Assembly: GCA_000146045.2 (NCBI GenBank)
Contig: BK006941.2
Location: 192,001 to 256,000, forward strand
Direction: 5' to 3'
Length of the DNA stretch: 64,000 bases
DNA from: TPA_inf: Saccharomyces
Taxonomy: Eukaryota
The translations under genes were made by a program, and so were the position numbers. Shown piece after piece: positions 22,081 to 32,100 of this stretch (position 1 is the stretch's first letter; each line of letters opens with the position of its first letter). Below the pieces are notes generated by a model that worked only from the letters and a program-made list of their open reading frames with translations, was not told where the DNA came from and ran no database searches.

Positions 22081-23211
22081 ATGTGTCAAGCTACCAATGG
22101 CCCGAGTAGAGTTGTGACTAAAAAGCATAGGAAATTTTTCGAAAGACATCTACAGTTGCTTCCCTCTTCACATCAGGGACATGACGTGAACAGAATGGCG
22201 ATAATATTCTACTCAATCTCAGGACTCTCTATATTTGATGTTAACGTTTCTGCGAAGTACGGCGATCATCTTGGCTGGATGCGCAAACATTATATCAAAA
22301 CAGTGCTGGATGATACAGAAAATACTGTGATATCTGGATTTGTTGGAAGCTTAGTCATGAATATCCCTCACGCAACAACGATTAATCTACCAAATACTCT
22401 CTTTGCATTGTTGTCCATGATTATGCTGAGAGATTACGAGTATTTTGAGACTATACTAGACAAAAGAAGCCTGGCGAGATTTGTTTCTAAGTGCCAACGA
22501 CCTGACCGTGGCTCGTTTGTATCTTGTTTAGACTATAAGACAAATTGTGGATCTTCGGTTGATTCAGACGATTTAAGGTTTTGCTACATCGCAGTTGCCA
22601 TTCTGTACATATGCGGATGCCGATCCAAAGAAGACTTTGATGAATACATTGATACTGAGAAGTTGCTTGGCTATATAATGTCGCAACAATGCTACAACGG
22701 AGCTTTCGGTGCCCACAATGAACCACACTCAGGGTACACATCTTGTGCGCTGTCTACCTTAGCTTTACTCTCTAGTTTGGAAAAGCTATCAGACAAGTTT
22801 AAAGAAGACACCATAACCTGGCTATTACATAGGCAAGTATCAAGCCATGGATGTATGAAATTTGAAAGCGAATTGAATGCCAGCTATGATCAATCTGATG
22901 ATGGCGGTTTCCAGGGAAGGGAGAACAAGTTCGCTGATACGTGTTACGCATTTTGGTGCTTAAATTCACTACACTTACTAACAAAGGATTGGAAAATGCT
23001 ATGCCAAACTGAACTAGTCACAAATTATTTGCTTGATCGAACGCAAAAAACATTAACTGGAGGCTTTAGTAAAAATGACGAAGAAGATGCTGATTTATAT
23101 CACAGCTGTCTAGGGAGCGCTGCGTTAGCATTAATTGAGGGGAAATTTAATGGAGAATTATGCATACCTCAAGAAATATTTAATGATTTTAGTAAAAGGT
23201 GCTGTTTTTGA
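22081..23211 (+). CDS. CDC43: CDC43, the beta subunit of geranylgeranyltransferase type I (376 aa)
   Basis: The ORF is 376 aa. It has prenyltransferase beta-subunit repeats (GGF...; GAFGAHNEPHSGYTSCAL). Length matches YGL155W. Confidence 0.9.
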   Translation: MCQATNGPSRVVTKKHRKFFERHLQLLPSSHQGHDVNRMAIIFYSISGLSIFDVNVSAKYGDHLGWMRKHYIKTVLDDTENTVISGFVGSLVMNIPHATTINLPNTLFALLSMIMLRDYEYFETILDKRSLARFVSKCQRPDRGSFVSCLDYKTNCGSSVDSDDLRFCYIAVAILYICGCRSKEDFDEYIDTEKLLGYIMSQQCYNGAFGAHNEPHSGYTSCALSTLALLSSLEKLSDKFKEDTITWLLHRQVSSHGCMKFESELNASYDQSDDGGFQGRENKFADTCYAFWCLNSLHLLTKDWKMLCQTELVTNYLLDRTQKTLTGGFSKNDEEDADLYHSCLGSAALALIEGKFNGELCIPQEIFNDFSKRCCF

Positions 23212-23277
23212 AGTTCAAACAGTAATAAGAGTCTATCGATTACATAAATGTGAGCAAGCGAAAAAAAAAAATTGGCA

Positions 23278-24096
23278 TTATAAACCATCATTTTCGATGA
23301 AATAATCAATCAACGTAGATAAGCTGATATTATATAATTTTGGTCTGTTCGTGTTGATTTTATCACTGATGGACTTTGGCATACAGATAGTGACAATTTC
23401 GTTATTGAACCATTGAGAATGGAAAATCAATGGAACTTCATCCAGAGTTATGCACATAGAAGCTCCCTCAGCCGGAAAAAAGCTGATAGCGCCAAAATCT
23501 ATTAGTGACAAGTCTGTGTTAAGGCCAGTTCCAGTAAATTTTGTATACGACTCCTTCAAGGACCATAAGTAAGTAAATATTGTGCATGGATCAGACGCTT
23601 TCAGTAAACCGTTAAATTCTCTTTCACTAAAAACTTCTTTAAATAGCTCCAACTCTTCCCTCCCGCCATAATTGCACGGAGAAGCGATATCAATTCCGAC
23701 ATCCTGGTATTCATCTGTACTTACACATTTTACGAGGAACATAGCTACATATTGTTCACCGATGGTCATGCTAAATGGAAGAAAACGATTGTTGTCTAAG
23801 AATGGCTTACCGAAGCTGCCCTTGTCAAATTTCAGCTCTTGAAAATTTAAGCCCGTTACTATAGAGCAGCCAAACAACTGCAGCAGCTGGCTGCATAGAT
23901 TTGAACATCTATCGTGAAACGATTTTTTATTGAGGATTCTGGCTTGAGACGCCAATGGCAAAGTTCTCATTAATGCCTCGAACGTAAACTCATCCGCGAG
24001 TATATCCTCTTGAATTTCAACAACGAATATACCTGCCCATGGTCTTACACCTGCCACCTTTGAAACTTCGCTTACTACTTCAGTCGTTTTAACCAT
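23278..24096 (-). CDS. LYS5: LYS5, the 4'-phosphopantetheinyl transferase that activates Lys2 (272 aa)
   Basis: The ORF is 272 aa with PPTase-family features (W/FxxKESxxK-like WSLKESYTKFTGTG). It is divergent from PEX14, as in S288C. Confidence 0.9.
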   Translation of the reverse strand: MVKTTEVVSEVSKVAGVRPWAGIFVVEIQEDILADEFTFEALMRTLPLASQARILNKKSFHDRCSNLCSQLLQLFGCSIVTGLNFQELKFDKGSFGKPFLDNNRFLPFSMTIGEQYVAMFLVKCVSTDEYQDVGIDIASPCNYGGREELELFKEVFSEREFNGLLKASDPCTIFTYLWSLKESYTKFTGTGLNTDLSLIDFGAISFFPAEGASMCITLDEVPLIFHSQWFNNEIVTICMPKSISDKINTNRPKLYNISLSTLIDYFIENDGL

Positions 24097-24272
24097 CCAC
24101 GGTTTTTTTGCTGAGTGATTCTCTTTCTCCTCATTCTCATTTTAGTCATAGCGGTTTTAATAAGCGCCCGAAAGATAATTGTAAAACATATATTCAATGC
24201 TTAAAAATATAAGAAATTGCCCATCAATTTGAAAACTCAAGTAAAACAGAGAAGTTGTAAGGTGAATAAGGA

Positions 24273-25298
24273 ATGAGTGACGTGGTCAGTAAAGATCGTA
24301 AGGCATTGTTCGACTCAGCAGTATCCTTTTTAAAGGATGAGTCCATTAAAGATGCTCCACTTTTAAAGAAAATCGAATTTTTAAAATCCAAAGGGTTAAC
24401 AGAAAAGGAGATTGAAATAGCCATGAAAGAGCCCAAGAAAGACGGTATCGTAGGCGATGAAGTATCGAAAAAAATTGGTAGTACTGAGAATAGAGCCTCA
24501 CAGGATATGTATCTCTATGAAGCGATGCCACCAACGCTGCCCCACAGGGATTGGAAGGACTATTTTGTGATGGCTACTGCCACAGCTGGGCTGTTGTATG
24601 GTGCATATGAAGTAACTAGAAGGTATGTGATACCAAATATTTTACCAGAAGCAAAAAGCAAGTTGGAAGGGGACAAAAAAGAAATTGATGATCAGTTCTC
24701 CAAAATCGATACAGTCCTCAATGCCATCGAAGCGGAGCAAGCTGAGTTTAGGAAAAAGGAAAGCGAAACATTAAAGGAACTTAGTGACACGATTGCTGAA
24801 CTGAAACAGGCGCTTGTGCAGACAACAAGAAGCAGGGAAAAGATCGAAGACGAGTTTAGAATAGTTAAACTCGAGGTGGTCAATATGCAAAATACGATCG
24901 ACAAATTTGTTTCAGATAATGACGGCATGCAAGAGTTAAATAATATCCAAAAAGAAATGGAATCTCTGAAAAGCTTAATGAATAACCGTATGGAATCCGG
25001 TAATGCGCAGGACAACAGATTATTTTCCATATCTCCTAATGGTATACCTGGCATAGATACGATTCCATCTGCGTCTGAGATTCTTGCCAAAATGGGCATG
25101 CAAGAAGAAAGTGATAAAGAAAAGGAAAACGGCAGCGATGCTAATAAAGATGACAATGCTGTTCCAGCGTGGAAAAAAGCAAGAGAACAAACTATTGATA
25201 GCAACGCCTCCATTCCAGAATGGCAAAAAAATACCGCCGCCAATGAGATCAGTGTCCCTGACTGGCAAAATGGACAGGTCGAAGACTCCATCCCATAG
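24273..25298 (+). CDS. PEX14: PEX14, a peroxisomal membrane docking protein for Pex5/Pex7 (341 aa)
   Basis: The ORF is 341 aa. It has the conserved N-terminal Pex14 domain (RKALFDSAVSFLKDESIKDAPLLKKIEFLKSKGLTEKEI), a hydrophobic segment (ATATAGLLYGAY) and a coiled-coil region. Confidence 0.9.
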   Translation: MSDVVSKDRKALFDSAVSFLKDESIKDAPLLKKIEFLKSKGLTEKEIEIAMKEPKKDGIVGDEVSKKIGSTENRASQDMYLYEAMPPTLPHRDWKDYFVMATATAGLLYGAYEVTRRYVIPNILPEAKSKLEGDKKEIDDQFSKIDTVLNAIEAEQAEFRKKESETLKELSDTIAELKQALVQTTRSREKIEDEFRIVKLEVVNMQNTIDKFVSDNDGMQELNNIQKEMESLKSLMNNRMESGNAQDNRLFSISPNGIPGIDTIPSASEILAKMGMQEESDKEKENGSDANKDDNAVPAWKKAREQTIDSNASIPEWQKNTAANEISVPDWQNGQVEDSIP

Positions 25299-25369
25299 CG
25301 CAATTCTATGTAAGTAATTAGTTTTTTAACGGAAATTGTAATTGTAACTGTCCTAGATACTATGGACAT
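24692..25369 (-). CDS. YGL152C: YGL152C, a dubious ORF fully antisense to PEX14 (225 aa). Unlikely to encode a protein.
   Basis: The 225-aa ORF lies on the opposite strand inside PEX14. Its composition is Ser/Leu-rich and low in complexity, typical of antisense frames. Listed for completeness. Confidence 0.3.
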   Translation of the reverse strand: MSIVSRTVTITISVKKLITYIELRYGMESSTCPFCQSGTLISLAAVFFCHSGMEALLSIVCSLAFFHAGTALSSLLASLPFSFSLSLSSCMPILARISDADGIVSMPGIPLGDMENNLLSCALPDSIRLFIKLFRDSISFWILFNSCMPSLSETNLSIVFCILTTSSLTILNSSSIFSLLLVVCTSACFSSAIVSLSSFNVSLSFFLNSACSASMALRTVSILEN

Positions 25370-25523
25370 TCAATCTGATTGTTACCCGGAACATTTGCTT
25401 TTGAAAGGCATTTTTAGTAGCACTAATATATTGGCAGCTAATTGAAACAGTAATCTACAAATATGAGTAAGCTAAACCACCTCAACAAAGCTATTCGTGG
25501 CTAGTATATGACCTTGAATTGCC

Positions 25524-28500
25524 ATGGAAAAAGAATCAGTATACAACTTAGCACTAAAATGTGCTGAGCGGCAATTGACCTCCATGGAATTTTCGAACCT
25601 TTACAAGGAATTCTTTAATGAAAAGTTCCCGTCTTTGATTCAAGAGGAAGAAGAAGATACAACAACAACTGCAAATATAAATGAGGTCAAGAAAGCGTCC
25701 GATTTGGTGGATACACCCAGCAACAACACGGCTGCTACTGCAGATACTACACACTTACACGAGGCTCTAGATATTGTTTGCTCCGATTTTGTTAAAATAT
25801 TAAACCTGGAGAAGCCTCTTATCTTGGCAGATTATATCGTTGAGGTATTGCTTGTGAACTACAACTCAGATATGATAAAATGCTTTCTGCCTAAATTGAA
25901 TTCCGTTAGGAACTCCTTGCTATTGGCCCATTTTTTCTCCAAATCTTGTTCATTCTTTGCCAAATTATCAGATACTTTGATAATTGATCAAGTACGCAAG
26001 GATTTGGGCAACGTCATAGTACCGAATATCTTAAGTCTAGACATGAATAGTATGAATAAAGAATTGATTGCCATAGTATCAAAGCTTTTGCAAACAACTT
26101 TAAAACTCTCTCCTTCACCAATTCTTTTAACTTCTGCCGGCTGTAAAAATGGGTCTTTTACGCTACTAAATCAGTTGTCTCAAACCAACAAGTTACTTTT
26201 TAAAAGGGTTTCTCAGACTTTTGAAGCAAAATTACATTTCAAAGATACCAAGCCATTTTTAAACAAAGATTCCACTAACGAATTCGTAGGTTCTCCTTCA
26301 TTAACCTCCCCTCAATATATCCCAAGTCCACTTTCTTCAACAAAACCTCCAGGATCAGTCAATTCTGCTGCCAAATACAAAGACATGAAGCTTCTTCGTT
26401 ACTATAAAAACATTTGGCTGAACAATAAAATTATCAATTGGGAAATATCGAACCCAGACTTCCTATCAAAATATTCTGCGATTACTTCTTCTATATTTCA
26501 AGAGAGCTTTAATTCAGTTCAAAACTTGGACCAGTTACTCACAGACTTGATTGAGACATCGTTTACTTGTTTTGCTCAATTCGTTAGCAATAAGCAATAT
26601 CATCAGGCAAATTCTAATTTGACTCTGTTAGAAAGAAAGTGGGTCATATTTATAACAAAACATCTACCATTATTAATCCTGGAAAACTCTTCAAGAAGTC
26701 CTCGTGTAGTCACGAATGCTCTGGATAATATTGACGAAAAAGTCGTTAAAGCAATCAGAATATACTTCACCGAAAAAGATGATAACAAAACCAATAATGA
26801 AGATCTATTTGATGATTATCCATCTACAAGCTTGGATATAAGACACGATTTTATCAAAGGGTTGATTATGTTAAATTTACAGCCTGCGTCCGTTATCAAC
26901 AATTACTTAAGAGAGGACCAAATGATCGACACCAGTATTTTACCTACCCGTGATGATTTGTTTGTTCGTAATTTGCAAGGCATTCAAGAAGTCGTCCATA
27001 ATACCAACAGTTTCATCATTTCATCCTTAGATACTTTAGAGTTAGAATCGATAACCGAATCGATCACACATGATTCGAGTAACGGACTATTTCAAGTATT
27101 ACACAATTTTGAATCTGTAGCTCCGACAAAACAACGTGAGATAGTAAAAGCCTTTTTATCTATATTTGAAGATGCAATAAAAGAATTGAATTATAATAGA
27201 ATAGCCAAGATATGTGCTCTTTTGTTTTTCAACTTTTCACATTCATTGACCACAATTCTATCATTTTCTTCGCCAGCAGCACTAATGAAAACATTGATAA
27301 AATTCGTTGATTTGTCTAGAAATGGCAGAAATGGCTCAAACGGTAATGATGAAAGTTCAGAATATGAAACGATAAATATATCTTTGTCATTTTCTTGGGC
27401 AATTTTACTGATAATCAACCTAACACAAACATATGGCATATCTGTGGTGGATGTGGCACTTAAGTATCCTGAATTGAGCATAAAAAATTCCTTTATAATC
27501 AATTTCATTTCAAATCTACCTAATGTCTCAGATAAGTACTATTTGGAAGAATCAAATGTGAATGATTCAGATATGCTAACAAAGTCTCATAATACCGTTC
27601 AAAGCTGGCTTTGTGATCTTTTTGTTAATGGGTCCATAACAGATCAATTGATCCAAAATATTGAAACAAGGCAATTGGCTAATCTCATACCATTTATTGT
27701 TAAACAGGTTTTGCTATCTGTTGAAATAGGCGTTTTAACGGATATTTCAAGTCTGATAGGTGGCTTCGAATATTTCTTACAACCTTTACTATTAGTTGGG
27801 CTAATCAAAACTTTTTATTGGCTAGAACAATTTCTTTCTTGCGTCAAGAACGACACAATATCTGAAGATATTTTACAAGGGATATTCAATTTATTGAATA
27901 CACTTTTCAACCCAGTAACTCTTAACGAGGATTCGAAAGCGTTCCACACGGCTGTACTGAGGTTGAATGCAATTCCACTACTCAAAGTTCTCCGCAAATT
28001 TAGAGTTCAGAGCCAGTCAAATTATGGTATCTACTCTTCTGATGCCCAAGGTGATCCTAACTTAGAACCTTTGATAGCCAAATTAGTTGCCGTTCTTAAT
28101 GTATCACCCGTTTATGACGTCGATCCAAGAATTATCAATTCAGAGAACGATTATTCTAGAAAGCAGTTGGGTTACGGTAAATTCCTAATTTTGAACGAAA
28201 ACCCGATTAACAAGATAATGACGAACCAAATTAACTCATTCTGGAGTCTCCACAGCAGCACATATTATAACTTAGATTATCTATTTGAGTTAATTGAATT
28301 GGTTACCCCAAAAAGTTTCCTTTTTGATGTTTTGAAAACATTAGAATATAAACTAGCCACTTATGGGGTCCCTGGTTCTGAAAATAAGAGGGGATCATTG
28401 GATTCAGAGCATGTTTTCGATTATTTCTTCTACTTTCTTGTACTATATGATGTGAAAACCGCGGAGGAAGCCAGTCAACTAATAGAATATATGGAGAACG

Positions 28501-28922
28501 ACGCAAAAAAAAGTAAGGGGGACGTTGATATAAAGGGAGAAGACTTACATGAGAAAAATGACTCAGCTGAGGTGAGGCAAGAAACTCAACCAAAAGCTGA
28601 AGCTACCCAAGACGATGATTTCGATATGCTTTTTGGCGAGAATGATACAAGCACTCAAGCTTACGAAGAAGAAGAAGAGAATGAGGATAACGACGGCAAT
28701 AATAGAACAAACAATGTACCAATGATAAAAGCAGAAGAAACTCCTAGTAAAACTAATAAGATATCCATTTTAAAGAGACATTCGTTTGCGGTACTTCTGC
28801 ATGAAAGAAAATTATTGAATGATTTAGCTTTGGAAAACGGCGAAATAACCAAGACAGAAAATGAGAAATTTATCAGTTATCACGATAAGTACTTGTGTAT
28901 GCTGAAAACATGCGTATTCTGA
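25524..28922 (+). CDS. NUT1: NUT1/MED5, a subunit of the RNA polymerase II Mediator complex (1132 aa)
   Basis: The ORF is 1132 aa and begins MEKESVYNLALKCAERQLTSMEFSNLYKEFF. It has an acidic C-terminal tail. Length and synteny match YGL151W. Confidence 0.9.
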   Translation: MEKESVYNLALKCAERQLTSMEFSNLYKEFFNEKFPSLIQEEEEDTTTTANINEVKKASDLVDTPSNNTAATADTTHLHEALDIVCSDFVKILNLEKPLILADYIVEVLLVNYNSDMIKCFLPKLNSVRNSLLLAHFFSKSCSFFAKLSDTLIIDQVRKDLGNVIVPNILSLDMNSMNKELIAIVSKLLQTTLKLSPSPILLTSAGCKNGSFTLLNQLSQTNKLLFKRVSQTFEAKLHFKDTKPFLNKDSTNEFVGSPSLTSPQYIPSPLSSTKPPGSVNSAAKYKDMKLLRYYKNIWLNNKIINWEISNPDFLSKYSAITSSIFQESFNSVQNLDQLLTDLIETSFTCFAQFVSNKQYHQANSNLTLLERKWVIFITKHLPLLILENSSRSPRVVTNALDNIDEKVVKAIRIYFTEKDDNKTNNEDLFDDYPSTSLDIRHDFIKGLIMLNLQPASVINNYLREDQMIDTSILPTRDDLFVRNLQGIQEVVHNTNSFIISSLDTLELESITESITHDSSNGLFQVLHNFESVAPTKQREIVKAFLSIFEDAIKELNYNRIAKICALLFFNFSHSLTTILSFSSPAALMKTLIKFVDLSRNGRNGSNGNDESSEYETINISLSFSWAILLIINLTQTYGISVVDVALKYPELSIKNSFIINFISNLPNVSDKYYLEESNVNDSDMLTKSHNTVQSWLCDLFVNGSITDQLIQNIETRQLANLIPFIVKQVLLSVEIGVLTDISSLIGGFEYFLQPLLLVGLIKTFYWLEQFLSCVKNDTISEDILQGIFNLLNTLFNPVTLNEDSKAFHTAVLRLNAIPLLKVLRKFRVQSQSNYGIYSSDAQGDPNLEPLIAKLVAVLNVSPVYDVDPRIINSENDYSRKQLGYGKFLILNENPINKIMTNQINSFWSLHSSTYYNLDYLFELIELVTPKSFLFDVLKTLEYKLATYGVPGSENKRGSLDSEHVFDYFFYFLVLYDVKTAEEASQLIEYMENDAKKSKGDVDIKGEDLHEKNDSAEVRQETQPKAEATQDDDFDMLFGENDTSTQAYEEEEENEDNDGNNRTNNVPMIKAEETPSKTNKISILKRHSFAVLLHERKLLNDLALENGEITKTENEKFISYHDKYLCMLKTCVF

Positions 28923-29103
28923 GCCATCTCTCCTGATATATAAGACAGATATTAATAAAGGTGATATGATATAGATATATAAAAACACTAAAAAATTAGG
29001 CAGTATGATAACGAATATCTAATATGAAAAAAAGATGAAGATAGCAGATTAAAGATAGACATTAACTCCGCTTAATGTAAATAACACAATATGAATACCT
29101 TTT

Positions 29104-32100
29104 TCATGCCAATGCACTTGCCGCTTCCTTAATTCCATCTTGACTTATGCTTTTGCTACCTTCACGAGTGACTTCGGAATCATTTTCACCCACTTCAATG
29201 GTTTTAATGTTTTTTTCCTGAGTCTTACCTTCCATGACGACTTGTTGAACTTGCTCTTTTTGCTTTGCTCTATCCCTCATTCTTTCTTCGATGGTACCAC
29301 GAACAAGTAATCTGTACACTGTGACTTGCCTCGTTTGGCCCAACCTATGTGCCCTATCCATAGCCTGTGAATCAATAGTAGGGTTCCAATCTGAATCATA
29401 GAATATAACAGTGTCAGCTGCGGTCAGGTTGATACCTAGACCACCTGCTCTTGTACTTAGGAGGAAAACAAAGATTTCTGGATTAGTCTGCCAATCATGG
29501 ACCAAATCTCGACGGTCCTCCAACTTTGAGGAACCATCCAGTCTAATATGATTATATTGTCTATAGGTCAAGTATTCTTCCATAAGATCCATCATCTTGG
29601 TCATTTGGAAATATATCAAAACTCTGTGGCCTTCTGATTTCAACTTTACCAACAATTCATCCAATTTTCTTAATTTCGCTGATTCGGTAATGAACCTATC
29701 CATAGATGGCATTGATATGTTGGATGAAAAATTTTTATTTAGTGGTTCAGGGAATAGTCCTGTCTTTGGAAAATCTTCAACAGGTATTCCCTTTTTAACG
29801 TGCATGTTATATTGCGTTATTGCTGGAATATCGGATAATGCCTGACTTATCAACGGGTCAAACAGTTCATTATTTATGCTATTGGTAACATGACTAGAAC
29901 CAAGAACTTCAATGGTGACCGGAGGAGCTGAAACATTGGGATGATAACCACGTTGTATACAGTTCAGATACTCACGTTCATAGGCATGTTTTTCAACGTT
30001 CAATAATGAAGCCATTACGCCCTCGGAAGGTGCATTTCTAGTAACCTCGAGTAGCTCTTGAGTAATGGTTTTAAAACTTAAACTGTCAGTATTTTTTGGA
30101 CCATTTGTACGTTCTATTACTCGCTTGAGTAAGGGTGTAGTAGAAACTCTAAAAAATTCATTCAACGAGGGTTCACCTGTTAATTTAGATAAAAATAAGC
30201 ACAGTTCATAATTAGTTGATGGGTTGAAAATATTAAATTTCACGTTCTTCAGTTTATTGGCTATGTCCACGTCATTGTTGTAATTCGGTAAAATCAAATC
30301 TTCATAAATCAACCTTGGTAGGCTATATTTTATTGGATTCCTTGAAGAGTAAATCAAATCAGTGAATTTCCCATTGGAAATATTATTACTGCTCATGCTA
30401 GAGAGATTCATATTACTGTTGCTAATTACGCTGCTGTTGTTATTAGCAACAGATGCAGTTAACATCGAGGTAGTTTTACCAAAAGTAGTGAAGGAAAATG
30501 GAGAATCTACATCTGCCCTTTCAAAAAGATCCGGGTGGTTACAAACTTTCCTGAATTGCATGACTGCGTTAATCAAGTTCTGATCAGAACCAGAATTTGA
30601 AGCAGAATTGGAAGTAGAATCATTCGTAGCGGCATTCTCAATGGCATCATAGTTAGTAGAGATTTGAGATTTCAAAACCTGATATAATTTAGCCTGCCTT
30701 TGAGTTAAATCACATAAGACATCAATTTCAATCTTGTCGCCCAATTCTGATTGGACGTTCTTTTTGACACGCCTTAACATGAACGGTTTCAAAATCATAT
30801 GCAAACGACGTAATTGCTGTTGGTTTAATTTGGTATTAGCTTCTGCATGAGATTCAATATCCTTAGAGAACCATTCATTAAATTCATCGTGAGAATCAAA
30901 AAGAGAAGGCATGATAAAATGTAAAAGTGCCCATAGTTCCTGCATACTGTTTTGGATAGGAGTACCCGTTAATAGTAATCTATTACGACAATGAAAACTC
31001 AACAGGTTCTTCCATCTAGATGACTGTGAAGATTTGATAGCTTGGGCCTCATCCAGTATCATATATTGCCATTTCATTTTCTGCAAATAGTTAGCATCAG
31101 TGACAACCATTTGATAGGATGTAACCATGACATGGAATGGCGCATTCTTATTATACCTCAGATTTTTCCTGTCCCAAAATTTCCTAAGAACTTTACGGTC
31201 ATTGGCATTACCCCAGTATGGCAGAATTTTAAATTGAGGCAAAAATTTGGATATTTCATTGACCCAGTTATGCAGAGTAGAAGCGGGTGTGACCACCAAA
31301 AAGGGCCCCCAAATATTATGGTTCTCGGCTAGATGAGCCAAAACGGAAATAGATTGCACAGTTTTACCTAACCCCATTTCATCTGCTAAGATACCATTGA
31401 TACCCTGGTCGTAAAGGTTAGCTAGCCAATTCAAACCCTTGAGCTGATATTCTTTCAAAGTACATGCCAAAATCTTTGGTTGCTCGATGGTTATTTCACC
31501 TAAAGAGGTTGGGTTTTGGAAGTTCAACTCATCTTCCTCCTCTTCTTCCTCATGCGCATTGGCATGATCATCAAATTGTTTCGCTTTCGCTCTTGTTTCT
31601 GCCAGTGCATTGGAAGCATTTTCAGCAGCTCTTAGTCTCAATTGTTCGTCATTTTCGTTATCAAAGTCAATGGCGTGAAAGTCATTTTTATTTGGAGCCA
31701 AAGCTGAAATGTCAATATTCTTCTGGCTTTCAGAATCATTACTGGAAACATTGTTCCCTTCCAATTCGTTAGTTTTGATTTTCCTTCCAATGAAATGCGA
31801 ATACAATTCTGTCTGTGTTAACAAAAAGTTCAGCTTTTTAGCTTGTCTTTTGGATTCCTTCTCCTCTTCTTCCTTCTTTGCCTGTTCCATAGCCTCCTTT
31901 TCTATCTTCTTCTTTAGATCTCTTTCTTCACGCTCATTCTTCTTCCAAAAATTGGACATTTCCCTAATACCTCTTCTGGCCCTCGTTTGGAAGTCCTTTA
32001 TTTGTTTGAAGTTCTTGGATTGCCATTTCTTGGCTTCTCTAGCACAAAGTGAGGAAGTTTTCCTAAAATTTGTAGATCTGATTGATTGTATTTGCTGAAC

